This document shows positions 45,707-56,528 of a DNA stretch of 64,000 nucleotides, one piece after another. Where the stretch lies: IMG/VR virus record IMGVR_UViG_3300042937_000802, positions 1-64,000 of that record. The stretch is one strand, 5' to 3'. The position numbers were made by a program, and so were the translations under genes. Within the stretch, counting starts at the first letter, position 1. Each line of letters starts with the position of its first letter. The DNA comes from a virus. The notes below the pieces were generated by a model that saw only the letters and a program-made list of their open reading frames with translations, made no database searches and was not told the origin of the DNA.

Positions 45707-46143
45707 ATAAACAATTAGCTAAATTTTTTAATGTTCCTGATCAACCAGACTCTAAAACAAAAGAAATTTTGGGCGGTACGTACGATGCAAATAATTTTCA
45801 AAAAGATTATACACTTGTACAATCAAATCTAAAAGATTTGATTGGTAGCGGAAATGTTGCTTTGGAGGCTGCATTGAAAGTTGCTACTGAATCTGATGCA
45901 CCCAGAGCATTTGAAGTGGTTGCTATTCTTTTAAAGACAATGGCAGATTTAAACAACAATGTATTAGATGTACATAAAAAAGCTAAAGAAACTACAAATA
46001 CTAAGACTGAAATAAAGCAGACAAATAATTCTGTGTTTGTTGGTTCGACAAAGGATTTGCAGAACCTGTTAAATAAAGATAGAAGTACAGAAAAAAATGT
46101 GATTGATATAGAGGCAATAAAGAATGAGTCTCAACAAGAATAA
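45703..46143 (+). CDS. gp16: Terminase small subunit gp16
   Basis: DY...NL, PRAFEV, NNSVFVGSTKDLQ. Confidence 0.92.
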   Translation: MNKQLAKFFNVPDQPDSKTKEILGGTYDANNFQKDYTLVQSNLKDLIGSGNVALEAALKVATESDAPRAFEVVAILLKTMADLNNNVLDVHKKAKETTNTKTEIKQTNNSVFVGSTKDLQNLLNKDRSTEKNVIDIEAIKNESQQE

Positions 46144-47773
46144 TCAGGGATATAGAAATAATCCAAAACTCAAACCACCGGGCATTGAGCTCCAGTATAC
46201 AAAAGAACAACTAGACGAATATATTAAATGTGCAAATGATCCTGTATACTTTTGTAACAAATACATCAAAGTAAAGACTCTTGACAAGGGTATCATGCCC
46301 TTTGAACTTTATGATTATCAACAAAAGTTTGTTAATTATATTCATAAAAATAGATTTGTTATTTCAAAATGGCCCCGTCAGTCTGGTAAGTCTACCTCTG
46401 TAATTGGTTATATCTGTCATTATATTACCTTTAACCAAAGTGTAAGCGTGGCAATTTTAGCAAACAGACTAAAGACGGCCAAAGATGAATTGTATTCAAA
46501 ATTACAGTTAGCCTATGAAAATTTACCACAATTCTTACAACAAGGTGTAGTGGAGTGGAATAAAACATCTTTAAAATTAGAAAATGGTTCCCGAGTAGTA
46601 TGTGACGCTACCTCTTCCGGTGCAATCCGTGGTGGTTCGTTTAACTTTCTTCTTTTGGACGAATATGCCTTCTTGCCATCTCACGTAGCTGAAGAATTCT
46701 ATGCATCTACCTATCCTACCATTTCAGCAGGTACCACCACCAAGCTTGTAATAGTTTCTACTCCCAATGGAATGAATCACTTTCATAAACTTTGGGTTGA
46801 TGCCAACAGGGCAGATGGCCATAAACTAAAGAATAAATTTATTCCCATAGAAGTTAGTTGGAGAGATGTACCGATTACCTCTGGTGGAAGAAAAAGAGAC
46901 GATGTTTGGGCAGCGGAACAGATTGCCAATACAAGCCCAGAGCAGTTTGAACAGGAATATGGCTGTAGTTTCTTGGGATCGTCCAATACACTGATCGCTA
47001 CCTCAAAACTAAACGTTCTGGCACCAGAGGAGTTTTTGCAAGAAGATTCTGATGGACTTAGAATATTTGAACTTCCTAAAAAAGATGAAATTTACTTTTT
47101 ACAAGCCGATGTCTCTAGAGGACAAGGTTCAGACTATTCAGCATTCACCGTAATAAATGGTACTTCGGCTCCATATAAGGTAGTTGCATCATATCGAAAT
47201 AATGCAGTAAGTCCTTTTAATTTTCCAAATGTAATTAAAAAAGTTGGAGAACGATATAATAATGCTTATGTGTTAGTAGAAACAAATGACATAGGTGGGC
47301 AGGTTTCTTCTATTCTTTATAATGATTTGGAATATGAAAATGTTCTTATGACCAAAATAATGGGTCGGAAAGGACAAATGTTATCACAAGGATTTGCTGG
47401 TGGAAGAAGTGAAATGGGATTAAGAACAACTACTCAAACCAAAAAATTGGGGTGTGCTATATTTAAAAGGTTAGTTGAAGAAGACAAAATTTTAATAAAT
47501 GATGAAAGAATATTGGCTGAATTAATAACATTTGTTTCAAAGTCAAATACATTCAAGGCAGAAGAAGGACATAATGACGATCTTGTAATGACTTTGGTAT
47601 TCTTTGCTTGGTTAACAAGACAAGAATATTTTGCAGATTTGATTGAAAGCGCAAAATTTAACTATGAAGAAGCCAAAAAGCCAGAAGATGACAACACTTT
47701 ATTCATGTTAAGCGAAGAATCTATGGAAGATGATGAATTTTCTGATGGAAATGTTGTTTGGAAGAAGGTATAA
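46124..47773 (+). CDS. gp17: Terminase large subunit gp17
   Basis: PRQSGKST, LLDEYAF, STPNG, ADVSRG, HNDDLVM. Confidence 0.97.
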   Translation: MSLNKNNQGYRNNPKLKPPGIELQYTKEQLDEYIKCANDPVYFCNKYIKVKTLDKGIMPFELYDYQQKFVNYIHKNRFVISKWPRQSGKSTSVIGYICHYITFNQSVSVAILANRLKTAKDELYSKLQLAYENLPQFLQQGVVEWNKTSLKLENGSRVVCDATSSGAIRGGSFNFLLLDEYAFLPSHVAEEFYASTYPTISAGTTTKLVIVSTPNGMNHFHKLWVDANRADGHKLKNKFIPIEVSWRDVPITSGGRKRDDVWAAEQIANTSPEQFEQEYGCSFLGSSNTLIATSKLNVLAPEEFLQEDSDGLRIFELPKKDEIYFLQADVSRGQGSDYSAFTVINGTSAPYKVVASYRNNAVSPFNFPNVIKKVGERYNNAYVLVETNDIGGQVSSILYNDLEYENVLMTKIMGRKGQMLSQGFAGGRSEMGLRTTTQTKKLGCAIFKRLVEEDKILINDERILAELITFVSKSNTFKAEEGHNDDLVMTLVFFAWLTRQEYFADLIESAKFNYEEAKKPEDDNTLFMLSEESMEDDEFSDGNVVWKKV

Positions 47774-47809
47774 AAAATTACTAAATATTAGTGATAAAAA
47801 AGGACAATC

Positions 47810-49111
47810 ATGCCAACTCTTAGTTCTTTTACTAGCACTAATCAATTTCGAACTGAAACAGCCTCTGATGCATTTAAGATGGATTGCGGCTATTTGACAG
47901 GTTTAACCTATTTAACCCCAACATTTAGTACTGTTGGAGCATCAAACAATCCCGGAAATTTATTTGGTTGGCTAATTTATGCCAGAGCAATTAAGTCATC
48001 GCCAGCAATAGGTACTACCGCATCAACGTATGTGTATTATACTTCGCCATCAGCAATGGTTAATGATTTAAACAAATTAAATGGTGTTACCGGAGCTTTA
48101 ATAAATCCTACAACAACTACAGGAAATAGTTTTGGATTCTTTATCTATAATGGTATAATTAATACCGATCAAACCAGTAATCTTGGAATTACTGGTGCTG
48201 GAAGAGAATTTTTATATGCATTAGATTATCTTTCATACGGTGGTAATCTCGTTATTGCAGGAACTACAAAAGGTTTTTTAGACTGGAAAACTGACTATAA
48301 TACAGATTTTGATTTAATTATGGGTGCAACTGGTTTAGGTTTTTCTGGCGCTCAAAGATGGCTTGAAAAGGAAGCACCATATACTATAGGTGTGTTTCCT
48401 AGTCTAGATGATGGCGCAGGAACAACTTTAACAAATTTTGTTTTTAATGCAACATCATTTGTCGAAGGCGCAACTGTAGCTGATCGTGTATTTTCTGTGT
48501 ATGGTCAAAAAACAGTAACAAATCTCCCACTTCCATCGCTTTATACTTCCGGTGTACTGACTTATGTTAATAATCTTAGTGCTGATGTTGCTGGTATGTT
48601 TACACGCGTTAATGCTAGAAATGAACTTTATTTAACTATTGCGGGTTCGGCTAGAGGTTTCATTTTAAATGGAGACGTAACAACCACAGTAAACTTTGCT
48701 GATACTGATCTTAAAAATCTTCTTAAAAATGCTCGTGTAAACTATTTCTTAAATTATACAACCAAATTCCTTGGTGCTGATTTAGTTGGAGCAACTAGTT
48801 CACCATCAAATCCAATAGTTGATGAAAGAATTGGCCCAGCTCAAATGAAGGCCAAAATGAAGAGAGATATTACAAACATTGGTCTTAAATATCTCTATGA
48901 GTTGAATAACTCAACAACCAGAAATCTAGTTACTGGAGAAATAACAAATTACTTGTTGCAATATACTACGTACTTGGATACTACAAAAACTCAAGTTATT
49001 TGCGATTCTACCAACAACAATGACAACGTATCAACACTTACAATCTTTGTAAATGTAACTCCATTGATTGGAACAACCTCGTTTACACTGAATATAACTC
49101 TAAACCAATAA
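47810..49111 (+). CDS. gp18: Tail sheath gp18 (short, divergent)
   Basis: Position between gp17 and gp19; YLSYGGNL, ADVAG, SARG, YELNNSTTR, QVICDSTNN. Confidence 0.8.
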   Translation: MPTLSSFTSTNQFRTETASDAFKMDCGYLTGLTYLTPTFSTVGASNNPGNLFGWLIYARAIKSSPAIGTTASTYVYYTSPSAMVNDLNKLNGVTGALINPTTTTGNSFGFFIYNGIINTDQTSNLGITGAGREFLYALDYLSYGGNLVIAGTTKGFLDWKTDYNTDFDLIMGATGLGFSGAQRWLEKEAPYTIGVFPSLDDGAGTTLTNFVFNATSFVEGATVADRVFSVYGQKTVTNLPLPSLYTSGVLTYVNNLSADVAGMFTRVNARNELYLTIAGSARGFILNGDVTTTVNFADTDLKNLLKNARVNYFLNYTTKFLGADLVGATSSPSNPIVDERIGPAQMKAKMKRDITNIGLKYLYELNNSTTRNLVTGEITNYLLQYTTYLDTTKTQVICDSTNNNDNVSTLTIFVNVTPLIGTTSFTLNITLNQ

Positions 49112-49112
49112 T

Positions 49113-49652
49113 ATGGCATCATATAACTCATTAAACCAATTTAAAGCTGGGTTTAAGGGCGGTACTAGAGCAAACCGTTTTCGTGTTATTCCTAATTTTC
49201 CCAGTACAGTAAATGTTGGGAGTAATAATACTACTAGTTCATTTCTTATATCATCTGGATCATTACCAAAAGCAGATGTTGGTGTTATAGGTGTTCCATA
49301 CAGAGGAAGAATGGCGTATTTTGCCGGAGACCGTCAATATTCAGTATGGCCAGTTAGAATTTATGATGACAATGACAGTGCTTTATGGAAAGCATTTAAT
49401 AGTTGGAAAGAAAAATTGGATGGCCATCTTACACATAAAGTAGAAGGTAACAATTATTCTTATTCCAATTTACAAACTACTTTTTTTATAGAACAATTGA
49501 GACCAAATGGTGAAGTATTAAGAAAAATTAAATTAAATAGATGTTGGCCAAGTGAAGTTGGTGGAATTAATTTTGACTTAGGCTCATCTGAATTTGTTAC
49601 CTTTGATGTAACATTAACATTTGATTATATAGACATACTTACTGGAATCTGA
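49113..49652 (+). CDS. gp19: Tail tube gp19
   Basis: GGTRANRF, VPYRGR..YFAGDR, WPSEVG.I, FDVTLTFDY. Confidence 0.9.
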   Translation: MASYNSLNQFKAGFKGGTRANRFRVIPNFPSTVNVGSNNTTSSFLISSGSLPKADVGVIGVPYRGRMAYFAGDRQYSVWPVRIYDDNDSALWKAFNSWKEKLDGHLTHKVEGNNYSYSNLQTTFFIEQLRPNGEVLRKIKLNRCWPSEVGGINFDLGSSEFVTFDVTLTFDYIDILTGI

Positions 49653-49654
49653 CC

Positions 49655-50221
49655 ATGGCATCACTAAATGAATTTAAAGATAACTTTAAAGGTGGTACTC
49701 GCCAAAATAGATTTTTGGTGACAGGAAGTTTTCCTTCTGGGGCTGCTACTGCTTCTAATGCAGGCAATTCGAATAATGCTGGAACCGCAATTCCATTTCA
49801 TATTAGATCAACTCTTATACCTACTCTACAGACAAGCACAGTTTCATATGACTATTTTGGTAGAAAATTAAATTATCCCGGTGAAAAACTGTATTCCACA
49901 TGGTCTGTGTCCATTGTAGATGACACAGATAGTGGAGATTTGTGGAAAAGATTTCATCGGTGGCATAATTTTATAAACAATCATGTTGACAATAAAACAA
50001 GATATTCAGTTACCCCAAACTATAAAGTTAACTGGTATATTGAACATCTTGGATTGAATGAAAATGTTTTAAAGCGTTTTCGTTTAAATGGATTGTGGCC
50101 CAGAACAATAAATGAGATGTCTTTTAGCATGGCTCGTCCAAATGTGTTAAATACTTTTAACGTAGTCTTTGTTTATGATACAATTTCAATTGATAGCATA
50201 ACACAAAGAGACAGCTTATAA
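49655..50221 (+). CDS. gp19: Tail tube gp19 paralog
   Basis: GGTRQNRF, YFGRKLNYPGE, LWP, FNVVFVYD. Confidence 0.85.
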   Translation: MASLNEFKDNFKGGTRQNRFLVTGSFPSGAATASNAGNSNNAGTAIPFHIRSTLIPTLQTSTVSYDYFGRKLNYPGEKLYSTWSVSIVDDTDSGDLWKRFHRWHNFINNHVDNKTRYSVTPNYKVNWYIEHLGLNENVLKRFRLNGLWPRTINEMSFSMARPNVLNTFNVVFVYDTISIDSITQRDSL

Positions 50222-50234
50222 AAAGGAATTATTG

Positions 50235-51794
50235 ATGGAAATAGATATTTTTGGATTCCAGTTTGGTAGAACAAAGGACGAACCACAGAAAAAAAGTGAG
50301 ATTGTAGCGCAAAATATCGCTGCTCCCGAAATCTTTGATGGAACTGTTACAGTTGAAGCTGGTGGATTTTTTGGAACTGCTTTGGACTATGCTGCCAACC
50401 TTCGTGATGAAGGTGCATCCATCATTCAATATCGCAATATGTCTATCTATCCAGAGGTAGACAATGCTATTGATGAAATTGTAAACGCATCAATTGTACC
50501 GGGTACAGACCGCAAACCAGTAAAATTAGATCTTGTCAGTGTTCCAATTGCTGAGCCAATTAAATTAAAGATTTACAAAGAATTTGAAAGAATCATCCAT
50601 CTAATGGATTTCAATGGAAAGTCATATGAAATTTTTAGAAGATGGTATATTGATTCTCGTATATTTTATAATATTGCAATTGATAAAGATCAACCAATGA
50701 ATGGAATTGAGGAAATTATTCCTCTTGATCCTCTAAAGATAAAAAAGATTCGTAAAGTTGAAAAACAACAAGAACGAGTCGGAAATACTCAAGTTGGTGT
50801 AATTAAAAAAATTGAAGAATATTATCTTTATACCAATACCGATAAAGAAACATATATGTTGACTGGACCGGGTGGTCTGCATCTGTCTCCAGATAGTATA
50901 GTTTATGTTCCATCTGGCGTTGTTGATCTCAATACAAAAAGAGTTCTTGGCTATCTGCACAAAGCAATCAGACCATTGAACATGTTGAGACAACTAGAAG
51001 ATTCTCTTCTAGTTTACCGTGTTGCACGTGCACCAGAACGAAGAGTCTTCTACGTTGACGTAGGACAGCTTCCTAAGCAAAAGGCTGAACAGTACGTTCG
51101 TGACATGATGAGCCGTTTCCGCACACGCCTGATCTACAATCAGACTACTGGCGAAGTGCGTGACGAAAGAAACCATCTTTCTGTATTGGAAGATTACTGG
51201 ATTCCTCGCCGTGAAGGTTCTAATGGCACACAGATTACTACTCTTCCCGGTGGTAATGCCATGTCTCAAATTGAAGACGTAGAATACTTTAAGAAGAAGT
51301 TGTATGCTTCATTGAACGTTCCTCTTAGCCGTTTGATGTCAGATCAAACTGGATTTAATATGGGCCGTTCCGTAGAAATTACCAGAGAAGAAGTCAAGTT
51401 CTATAAATTTATTGAAAGACTTCGCCATCAATTTAGCAAGTTGTTCTTAGATCTATTGCGAGTTCAATTGATCCTAAAAGGTATAATGACTGAAGATGAC
51501 TGGCACGAACTTCGTCCAGAAATCAAAGTAGTATTCAATACCGACAATTATTTTTGGGATCTTAAGGAAGCAGAAATTTTAGCAGAACGTCTAAAGATGG
51601 TTCAGTTTGTTGATCCATATGTTGGAAAGTATTTCTCTTCAGAATATGTTCGTAGAAAGATTTTGAAACAAACTGAAGAAGAAATGCAAGAGATGAATAA
51701 AGAAATAGCAGTTGACAGACAGAGAATCCAAGCCGAGCAAATGGCACAGATGGCTCAACAACAGGCTGCTGGCGAAGGAGAGCCACCACAATGA
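50235..51794 (+). CDS. gp20: Portal protein gp20
   Basis: PEVDNAIDEIVN, RRWYID, RAPERRVFYVDVG, EDYWIPRREG. Confidence 0.97.
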   Translation: MEIDIFGFQFGRTKDEPQKKSEIVAQNIAAPEIFDGTVTVEAGGFFGTALDYAANLRDEGASIIQYRNMSIYPEVDNAIDEIVNASIVPGTDRKPVKLDLVSVPIAEPIKLKIYKEFERIIHLMDFNGKSYEIFRRWYIDSRIFYNIAIDKDQPMNGIEEIIPLDPLKIKKIRKVEKQQERVGNTQVGVIKKIEEYYLYTNTDKETYMLTGPGGLHLSPDSIVYVPSGVVDLNTKRVLGYLHKAIRPLNMLRQLEDSLLVYRVARAPERRVFYVDVGQLPKQKAEQYVRDMMSRFRTRLIYNQTTGEVRDERNHLSVLEDYWIPRREGSNGTQITTLPGGNAMSQIEDVEYFKKKLYASLNVPLSRLMSDQTGFNMGRSVEITREEVKFYKFIERLRHQFSKLFLDLLRVQLILKGIMTEDDWHELRPEIKVVFNTDNYFWDLKEAEILAERLKMVQFVDPYVGKYFSSEYVRRKILKQTEEEMQEMNKEIAVDRQRIQAEQMAQMAQQQAAGEGEPPQ

Positions 51795-52219
51795 ATGAAA
51801 CTAGCACCATACTTTTAAAAAAGAGTTTTGAAAGTTTAATTCAAAATAATGATGAGGAATTCAAAAAATCTCTGAGAAGTGCTTTAAGTACAAAACTCAA
51901 TGAAAATATTGAATATTTAAAAATTCATACCCAGAAGAAGTTATTTGAGCCTTCTTTCAAATTTACTCCTAAATCAGAAGAAATTAAAAATTTTGTTGAG
52001 TTTTTAGAATCATATGATCCTTCAAATCCATCAAAAATTAAATTAAAAAATGAAAGTGTTATAAATATAACAGAGAAAGAACTTAAAGATATCAAGATAC
52101 TATTTGATCAACTTAGTCCAAAAAATAGAACCCTAATGGTTGAATCTATTTTTGAAAGCAAAGCCAATCTAGATCAACATCTTGAATTTTGCCAGAAAGT
52201 AAAGGTATTACAAAAATGA
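51791..52219 (+). CDS. Probable prohead core protein (gp67/68 position)
   Basis: Between portal and protease. Confidence 0.55.
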   Translation: MNETSTILLKKSFESLIQNNDEEFKKSLRSALSTKLNENIEYLKIHTQKKLFEPSFKFTPKSEEIKNFVEFLESYDPSNPSKIKLKNESVINITEKELKDIKILFDQLSPKNRTLMVESIFESKANLDQHLEFCQKVKVLQK

Positions 52220-52386
52220 ATCCCAAAGTAAATGAACTAATCAAAAATATGATTGACGAGAACGTAGTTGCTTTCAAAGAAAATACCTCCAAGCTTCTCT
52301 ATGAAAAGACTGGCAAAAAGATTGAAGGAATGTACGAAACTGTCGCAAAAACCATCATAAAGCCCACCAATGAAACTAATAACTGA
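52216..52386 (+). CDS. Probable small prohead core protein
   Basis: MNPKVNELIKNM...; between portal and protease. Confidence 0.55.
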   Translation: MNPKVNELIKNMIDENVVAFKENTSKLLYEKTGKKIEGMYETVAKTIIKPTNETNN

Positions 52387-53014
52387 AATAAACGAAGATA
52401 TTAAGTATATCAAAGAGAACACTGGAAACGGTGATAAGGCTTATTTCATTGAAGGTATCTTTATGCAAGCCAGCGTAAAGAACCGCAATGGTAGAGTATA
52501 TCCCCAAGGCATTCTTATTAAGGAATGTAAGAGATATATCACTGAGTACGTTGATAAAGGCCGTGCTCTTGGTGAACTAAACCATCCAACTGGTCCAACT
52601 GTCAATCTTGACCGTGTTTCGCACATCGTCAAGGAACTTCATGAAGATGGCAATACCATTTACGGTAAGGCTAAGATCATGGATACCCCAATGGGTCGCA
52701 TTGTAAAGAACCTAATTGAAGAAGGTGCACAATTAGGTGTATCTACCCGTGGTATGGGTTCGTTAAAGAGTAAGAATGGTTATCAAGAAGTTCAAGAAGA
52801 TTTCATGCTTGCTGCGGTTGATATCGTAGCCGATCCATCAGCTCCAAATGCTTTTGTCAATGGAATCATGGAAGGAAAAGAATGGATTCTTGAAAATGGC
52901 AGCTGGTCTGAAAAAGAATTCAACAATGCTAAAAGAATTATCAAAAGTTCTTCCAAAAGAGATTTAAACGAAAATATCGTAAAACTATTCAACGATTATT
53001 TTAGGAGTATGTAA
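52370..53014 (+). CDS. gp21: Prohead protease gp21
   Basis: KNRNGRVYP, ALGELNHP, GVSTRGMGSL, DIVADPSAP. Confidence 0.97.
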   Translation: MKLITEINEDIKYIKENTGNGDKAYFIEGIFMQASVKNRNGRVYPQGILIKECKRYITEYVDKGRALGELNHPTGPTVNLDRVSHIVKELHEDGNTIYGKAKIMDTPMGRIVKNLIEEGAQLGVSTRGMGSLKSKNGYQEVQEDFMLAAVDIVADPSAPNAFVNGIMEGKEWILENGSWSEKEFNNAKRIIKSSSKRDLNENIVKLFNDYFRSM

Positions 53015-53859
53015 TGTCATTTGACTGCATCACCGAAGGTTCCAAAGACTATATTAAATACGTTCTTCAATTATCTGAAGAATCTATGACTGGTGTTACC
53101 TACGTAGCTCCAGGTCGTAAAAAAGAAACTAGAAAAAGACCTTCTTTTACTTTTAGTGGTGGTGCAGGTGGAAAAGGATTGGGTGGAGGAGATGATATTC
53201 AACCTGGAGATTTTCTTTCAACCGAAAAAGATGAAAAAGGAAAAACAAAAGATCAAGGTTTGCGTGCAGGCATAATGTGGGGTAATTCTAAAATTCCAAA
53301 TTCACGTACAACAAATGAGAAGGGCGAAGAACAAGACAATACCCAAGGTGGTTTAGATTATATAACCTCATTAGGTCAAGCTCAAAGTGCTTTGGATTTT
53401 GCAGACCAAATGATGCCTGCAGCCGTAAAACTGCTTTTAGCCAAAGGTCTTTTCTCTTCACAAATTAAAGCTAATCCCGGCAGTACTGCTGGCACTGCCG
53501 ACAGCAGTAATGTTTCTTTGAAAGGTGCATTAGATGCAGCACGCGGTGGGGCTAATCAAGAACAACAAATGGCTCTTTCTGGATTTGAAGCTGTAGCAGG
53601 TGATTTACTATCTCAAATAGAAAATTTGACAGGAACCACTAAGATTGCAAATGAAAACAATCCACTTGCTCAAAAAGTAATGCAATATAGCAAAAATTTA
53701 GGAGCAATAGATCCTTATAATCCGCTATTGGGTCTAAAAATTGGTGTTGAAATGTTGGGTGGTAAGGAAGTTTTAAGACGTACAAGAGAACTTGGTGCAG
53801 TCCAAAGCGCTGGTGCGGCAAGTTCAATGGGACATCCCTCTGGTTTCAGAGGATATTAA
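53014..53859 (+). CDS. Hypothetical protein inserted between gp21 and gp22
   Basis: 281 aa, G/A-rich. Confidence 0.7.
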   Translation: MSFDCITEGSKDYIKYVLQLSEESMTGVTYVAPGRKKETRKRPSFTFSGGAGGKGLGGGDDIQPGDFLSTEKDEKGKTKDQGLRAGIMWGNSKIPNSRTTNEKGEEQDNTQGGLDYITSLGQAQSALDFADQMMPAAVKLLLAKGLFSSQIKANPGSTAGTADSSNVSLKGALDAARGGANQEQQMALSGFEAVAGDLLSQIENLTGTTKIANENNPLAQKVMQYSKNLGAIDPYNPLLGLKIGVEMLGGKEVLRRTRELGAVQSAGAASSMGHPSGFRGY

Positions 53860-53903
53860 AAATTAAAATATACTAAATAATTTAACCTTAAGGATTAATT
53901 GAC

Positions 53904-54953
53904 ATGAAAAAGAACAAAAAACTAAATTTATCTGAAGCCGCTGCCCAAGTAATGGGTGTTATGGACGCAACTGGTCGTTCTGATATGGACGCAAGTGGTC
54001 GTGGATCCATGATTTCTGCTCCAGTTGACACAACTGGCGTTTCTGCAATTGCAGCGTCTGCTGGTCAACCTGGCGTACCCGCAACCATGAGAGTTGCTGC
54101 TCCAGGTATGCGTGCTACTGCTGCAAAAGATGGCGAAGAAGATACTGCCATTGATAATGATGCTCAAGAAGGCGAAGAAGGCGAAGAAGAAGAAATGCCT
54201 GTTGAGACCAACGAAGAACTAAAGACACAATTCCGTGATGCCATCATTTCTCTTCTTGGTGAAGATAATGTCAATAAGTCTTCTCTAGAACAACTTGAAG
54301 CAATCTTTGAGGCTGCTGTCTCTGACAGAGTTGAATCAGAAGTTGCCAAGGTTCTTGTTGAACTTGATGAGAATGCCAAAGACTATCTCTCTAATGTAAC
54401 CAATTCATTGGTTGAGAAAGTTGATGACTATCTTGAGTACGTTGTTGAAGAGTGGATGACAGAGAATACTGTTGCCGTCGAACAAGGTATCAAGACCACT
54501 ATTGCTGAGAATTTCATCAGTGGCCTCAAGAATCTCTTTGAGAATCACTACATTGATGTTCCAAACGAGAAGTACAATGTTCTTGATGAACTCTATGAGC
54601 AAAACAGAAAGCTTCAAGAATCTCTCAATGAGTCCATGAAGTTTAGCATCGATCTCAAGAAAGAGATCGCACTCACCGAGTGTGCTGGAATCTTTGTTGC
54701 CGAAACCAAGAATCTTGCTGACACTCAAGTCAACAAACTACAAAATTTGATGGAAAATATCAACTTCAACACTCCCGAAGAGTATCGTAATAAGTTGGTA
54801 GCCATCAAGGAAAACTATTTACAGGGTAATAGAGTTTCTGCACCCTCTAAGCCAGTTGATGAGGATATGACCTTCTCAAAGACTGTTTCTGCTCCAACAA
54901 CACTCGTAGAAAACTATGCGAATGTAATGGGTAGATTAAATAAGAAACTATAA
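53904..54953 (+). CDS. gp22: Prohead scaffold gp22
   Basis: IFEAAV, KVDDYLEYVVEEWM.EN, FISGLKNLF..HYIDVP. Confidence 0.93.
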   Translation: MKKNKKLNLSEAAAQVMGVMDATGRSDMDASGRGSMISAPVDTTGVSAIAASAGQPGVPATMRVAAPGMRATAAKDGEEDTAIDNDAQEGEEGEEEEMPVETNEELKTQFRDAIISLLGEDNVNKSSLEQLEAIFEAAVSDRVESEVAKVLVELDENAKDYLSNVTNSLVEKVDDYLEYVVEEWMTENTVAVEQGIKTTIAENFISGLKNLFENHYIDVPNEKYNVLDELYEQNRKLQESLNESMKFSIDLKKEIALTECAGIFVAETKNLADTQVNKLQNLMENINFNTPEEYRNKLVAIKENYLQGNRVSAPSKPVDEDMTFSKTVSAPTTLVENYANVMGRLNKKL

Positions 54954-55000
54954 CTTTACTAATTACTAAATAATTTTAACTCACAGGAGAATTTACTAAA

Positions 55001-56449
55001 ATGCAATTTCAAGACAATACCCCATATGACATTCTAACCGAGAAATGGAATCCAGTGCTCAATCACGAAGCACTATCTCCAATCGGTGATGATTACCGTA
55101 AGAAGGTGACTGCCGTCCTTCTTGAAAACCAAGAGCAAGCCATTCGTAGCCAACACCTCGCTGAGGATATGAGCTCCGGTAACCTCGGTGGTCCCGCCAC
55201 CTCCACTGGTTACAACACTGGTGCCGTCTCTGGTTATGACCCCGTTCTAATCAGCCTCGTTCGTCGTTCCATGCCAAATCTCATGGCATACGACATCTGC
55301 GGCGTTCAACCCATGACTGCCCCAACCGGCCTAATCTTTGCGATGCGTTCGCAATATGGTAATGGTGGTAGTTATGGTAGCAACTTCTACACCGAAGCCA
55401 TGTTCCAAGAACCACAACCAGTATATGGTGGTTCAGGATATACCTTAACTGGTCTATCATTCGCTGGTATTACCGCTGGTTCCGGTCTAAGCGCTGGATG
55501 GAATTATGCTGCTGGATTCTCTGGTGGTATTAACTATACCTCCTACGCCGGTAGCGGAGTAAATTCCTTCAACGCTCTACGTGGTATTTTGACAAACTTC
55601 GGTGAAGGTATCGGTGGAGCAGCTACAACTTCTCCTTACACTGCTTTTAACCAAATGTCTTTCTCAATCGACCGCGTTGCTGTTCAAGCTCGTACTCGCG
55701 CTCTAAGCAGCAACTACTCTGTCGAATTGGCACAAGACCTCAAGGCCGTCCACGGTCTCGATGCTGAAGCCGAACTCGCCAATCTTCTCAGCACAGAAAT
55801 TCTTGCTGAAATCAACCGCGAAATCGTCAGAACCATTTACTATGTTGCTAAGAGTGGTTCACAACAACCCGATATTGGTAATAAAGGTGTTTATAACCTT
55901 GTTGCTGACTCAGACGGTCGTTGGTCTGCTGAACGCTTCCGTGGCCTCAGCTTCCAAATCGAGCGCGAGTGCAATGCAATTGCTAAGGAAACCCGCCGTG
56001 GTAAGGGCAACTTCATCATCTGCGATAGCGATACCGCAGCCGCCCTCGCTATGTCTGGCTTCATGAGCCTCAGCCCAGCCATTGCTCCTCAACTCAATGT
56101 TGATGACACTCAAGCAACCTTTGCTGGTATCCTAAGTGGTAAGATCCGTGTTTACATCGATCCATATGCCCCACTTGGTGCCAACTTCTTCGTTGCTGGC
56201 TATAAGGGTGAGAGTCCATATGACGCAGGTATCTTCTACTGCCCATACGTTCCTCTCCAAATGGTCCGTGCAGTTGATCCCAATACTTTCCAACCACGTA
56301 TTGCGTTCAAGACCCGTTATGGTGTAGTTGCTAACCCCTTTGTTATCAACACCACAACCAAGATTCCAGATGGTGAAACCCTAAGCGCTGGTATCAATCA
56401 ATACTACCGTCTAACCCAAGTTGCCAACCTCCACGGTAACGGTACTTGA
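55001..56449 (+). CDS. gp23: Major capsid protein gp23
   Basis: LLENQE, GVQPMTAPTGLIFAMR, ELAQDLKAVHGLDAE, YCPYVPL, FKTRYG. Confidence 0.98.
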   Translation: MQFQDNTPYDILTEKWNPVLNHEALSPIGDDYRKKVTAVLLENQEQAIRSQHLAEDMSSGNLGGPATSTGYNTGAVSGYDPVLISLVRRSMPNLMAYDICGVQPMTAPTGLIFAMRSQYGNGGSYGSNFYTEAMFQEPQPVYGGSGYTLTGLSFAGITAGSGLSAGWNYAAGFSGGINYTSYAGSGVNSFNALRGILTNFGEGIGGAATTSPYTAFNQMSFSIDRVAVQARTRALSSNYSVELAQDLKAVHGLDAEAELANLLSTEILAEINREIVRTIYYVAKSGSQQPDIGNKGVYNLVADSDGRWSAERFRGLSFQIERECNAIAKETRRGKGNFIICDSDTAAALAMSGFMSLSPAIAPQLNVDDTQATFAGILSGKIRVYIDPYAPLGANFFVAGYKGESPYDAGIFYCPYVPLQMVRAVDPNTFQPRIAFKTRYGVVANPFVINTTTKIPDGETLSAGINQYYRLTQVANLHGNGT

Positions 56450-56476
56450 TTAGAAGTTAGTTGATAGCGTAAGTTC

Positions 56477-56510
56477 AAAAACCCTCCCGAGAAATCGGGA
56501 GGGTTTTCTT
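56477..56510 (+). terminator. Intrinsic terminator after gp23
   Basis: AAAACCCTCCCGA-GAAA-TCGGGAGGGTTTT. Confidence 0.85.
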
Positions 56511-56528
56511 TTATCCATAAATATTTCT

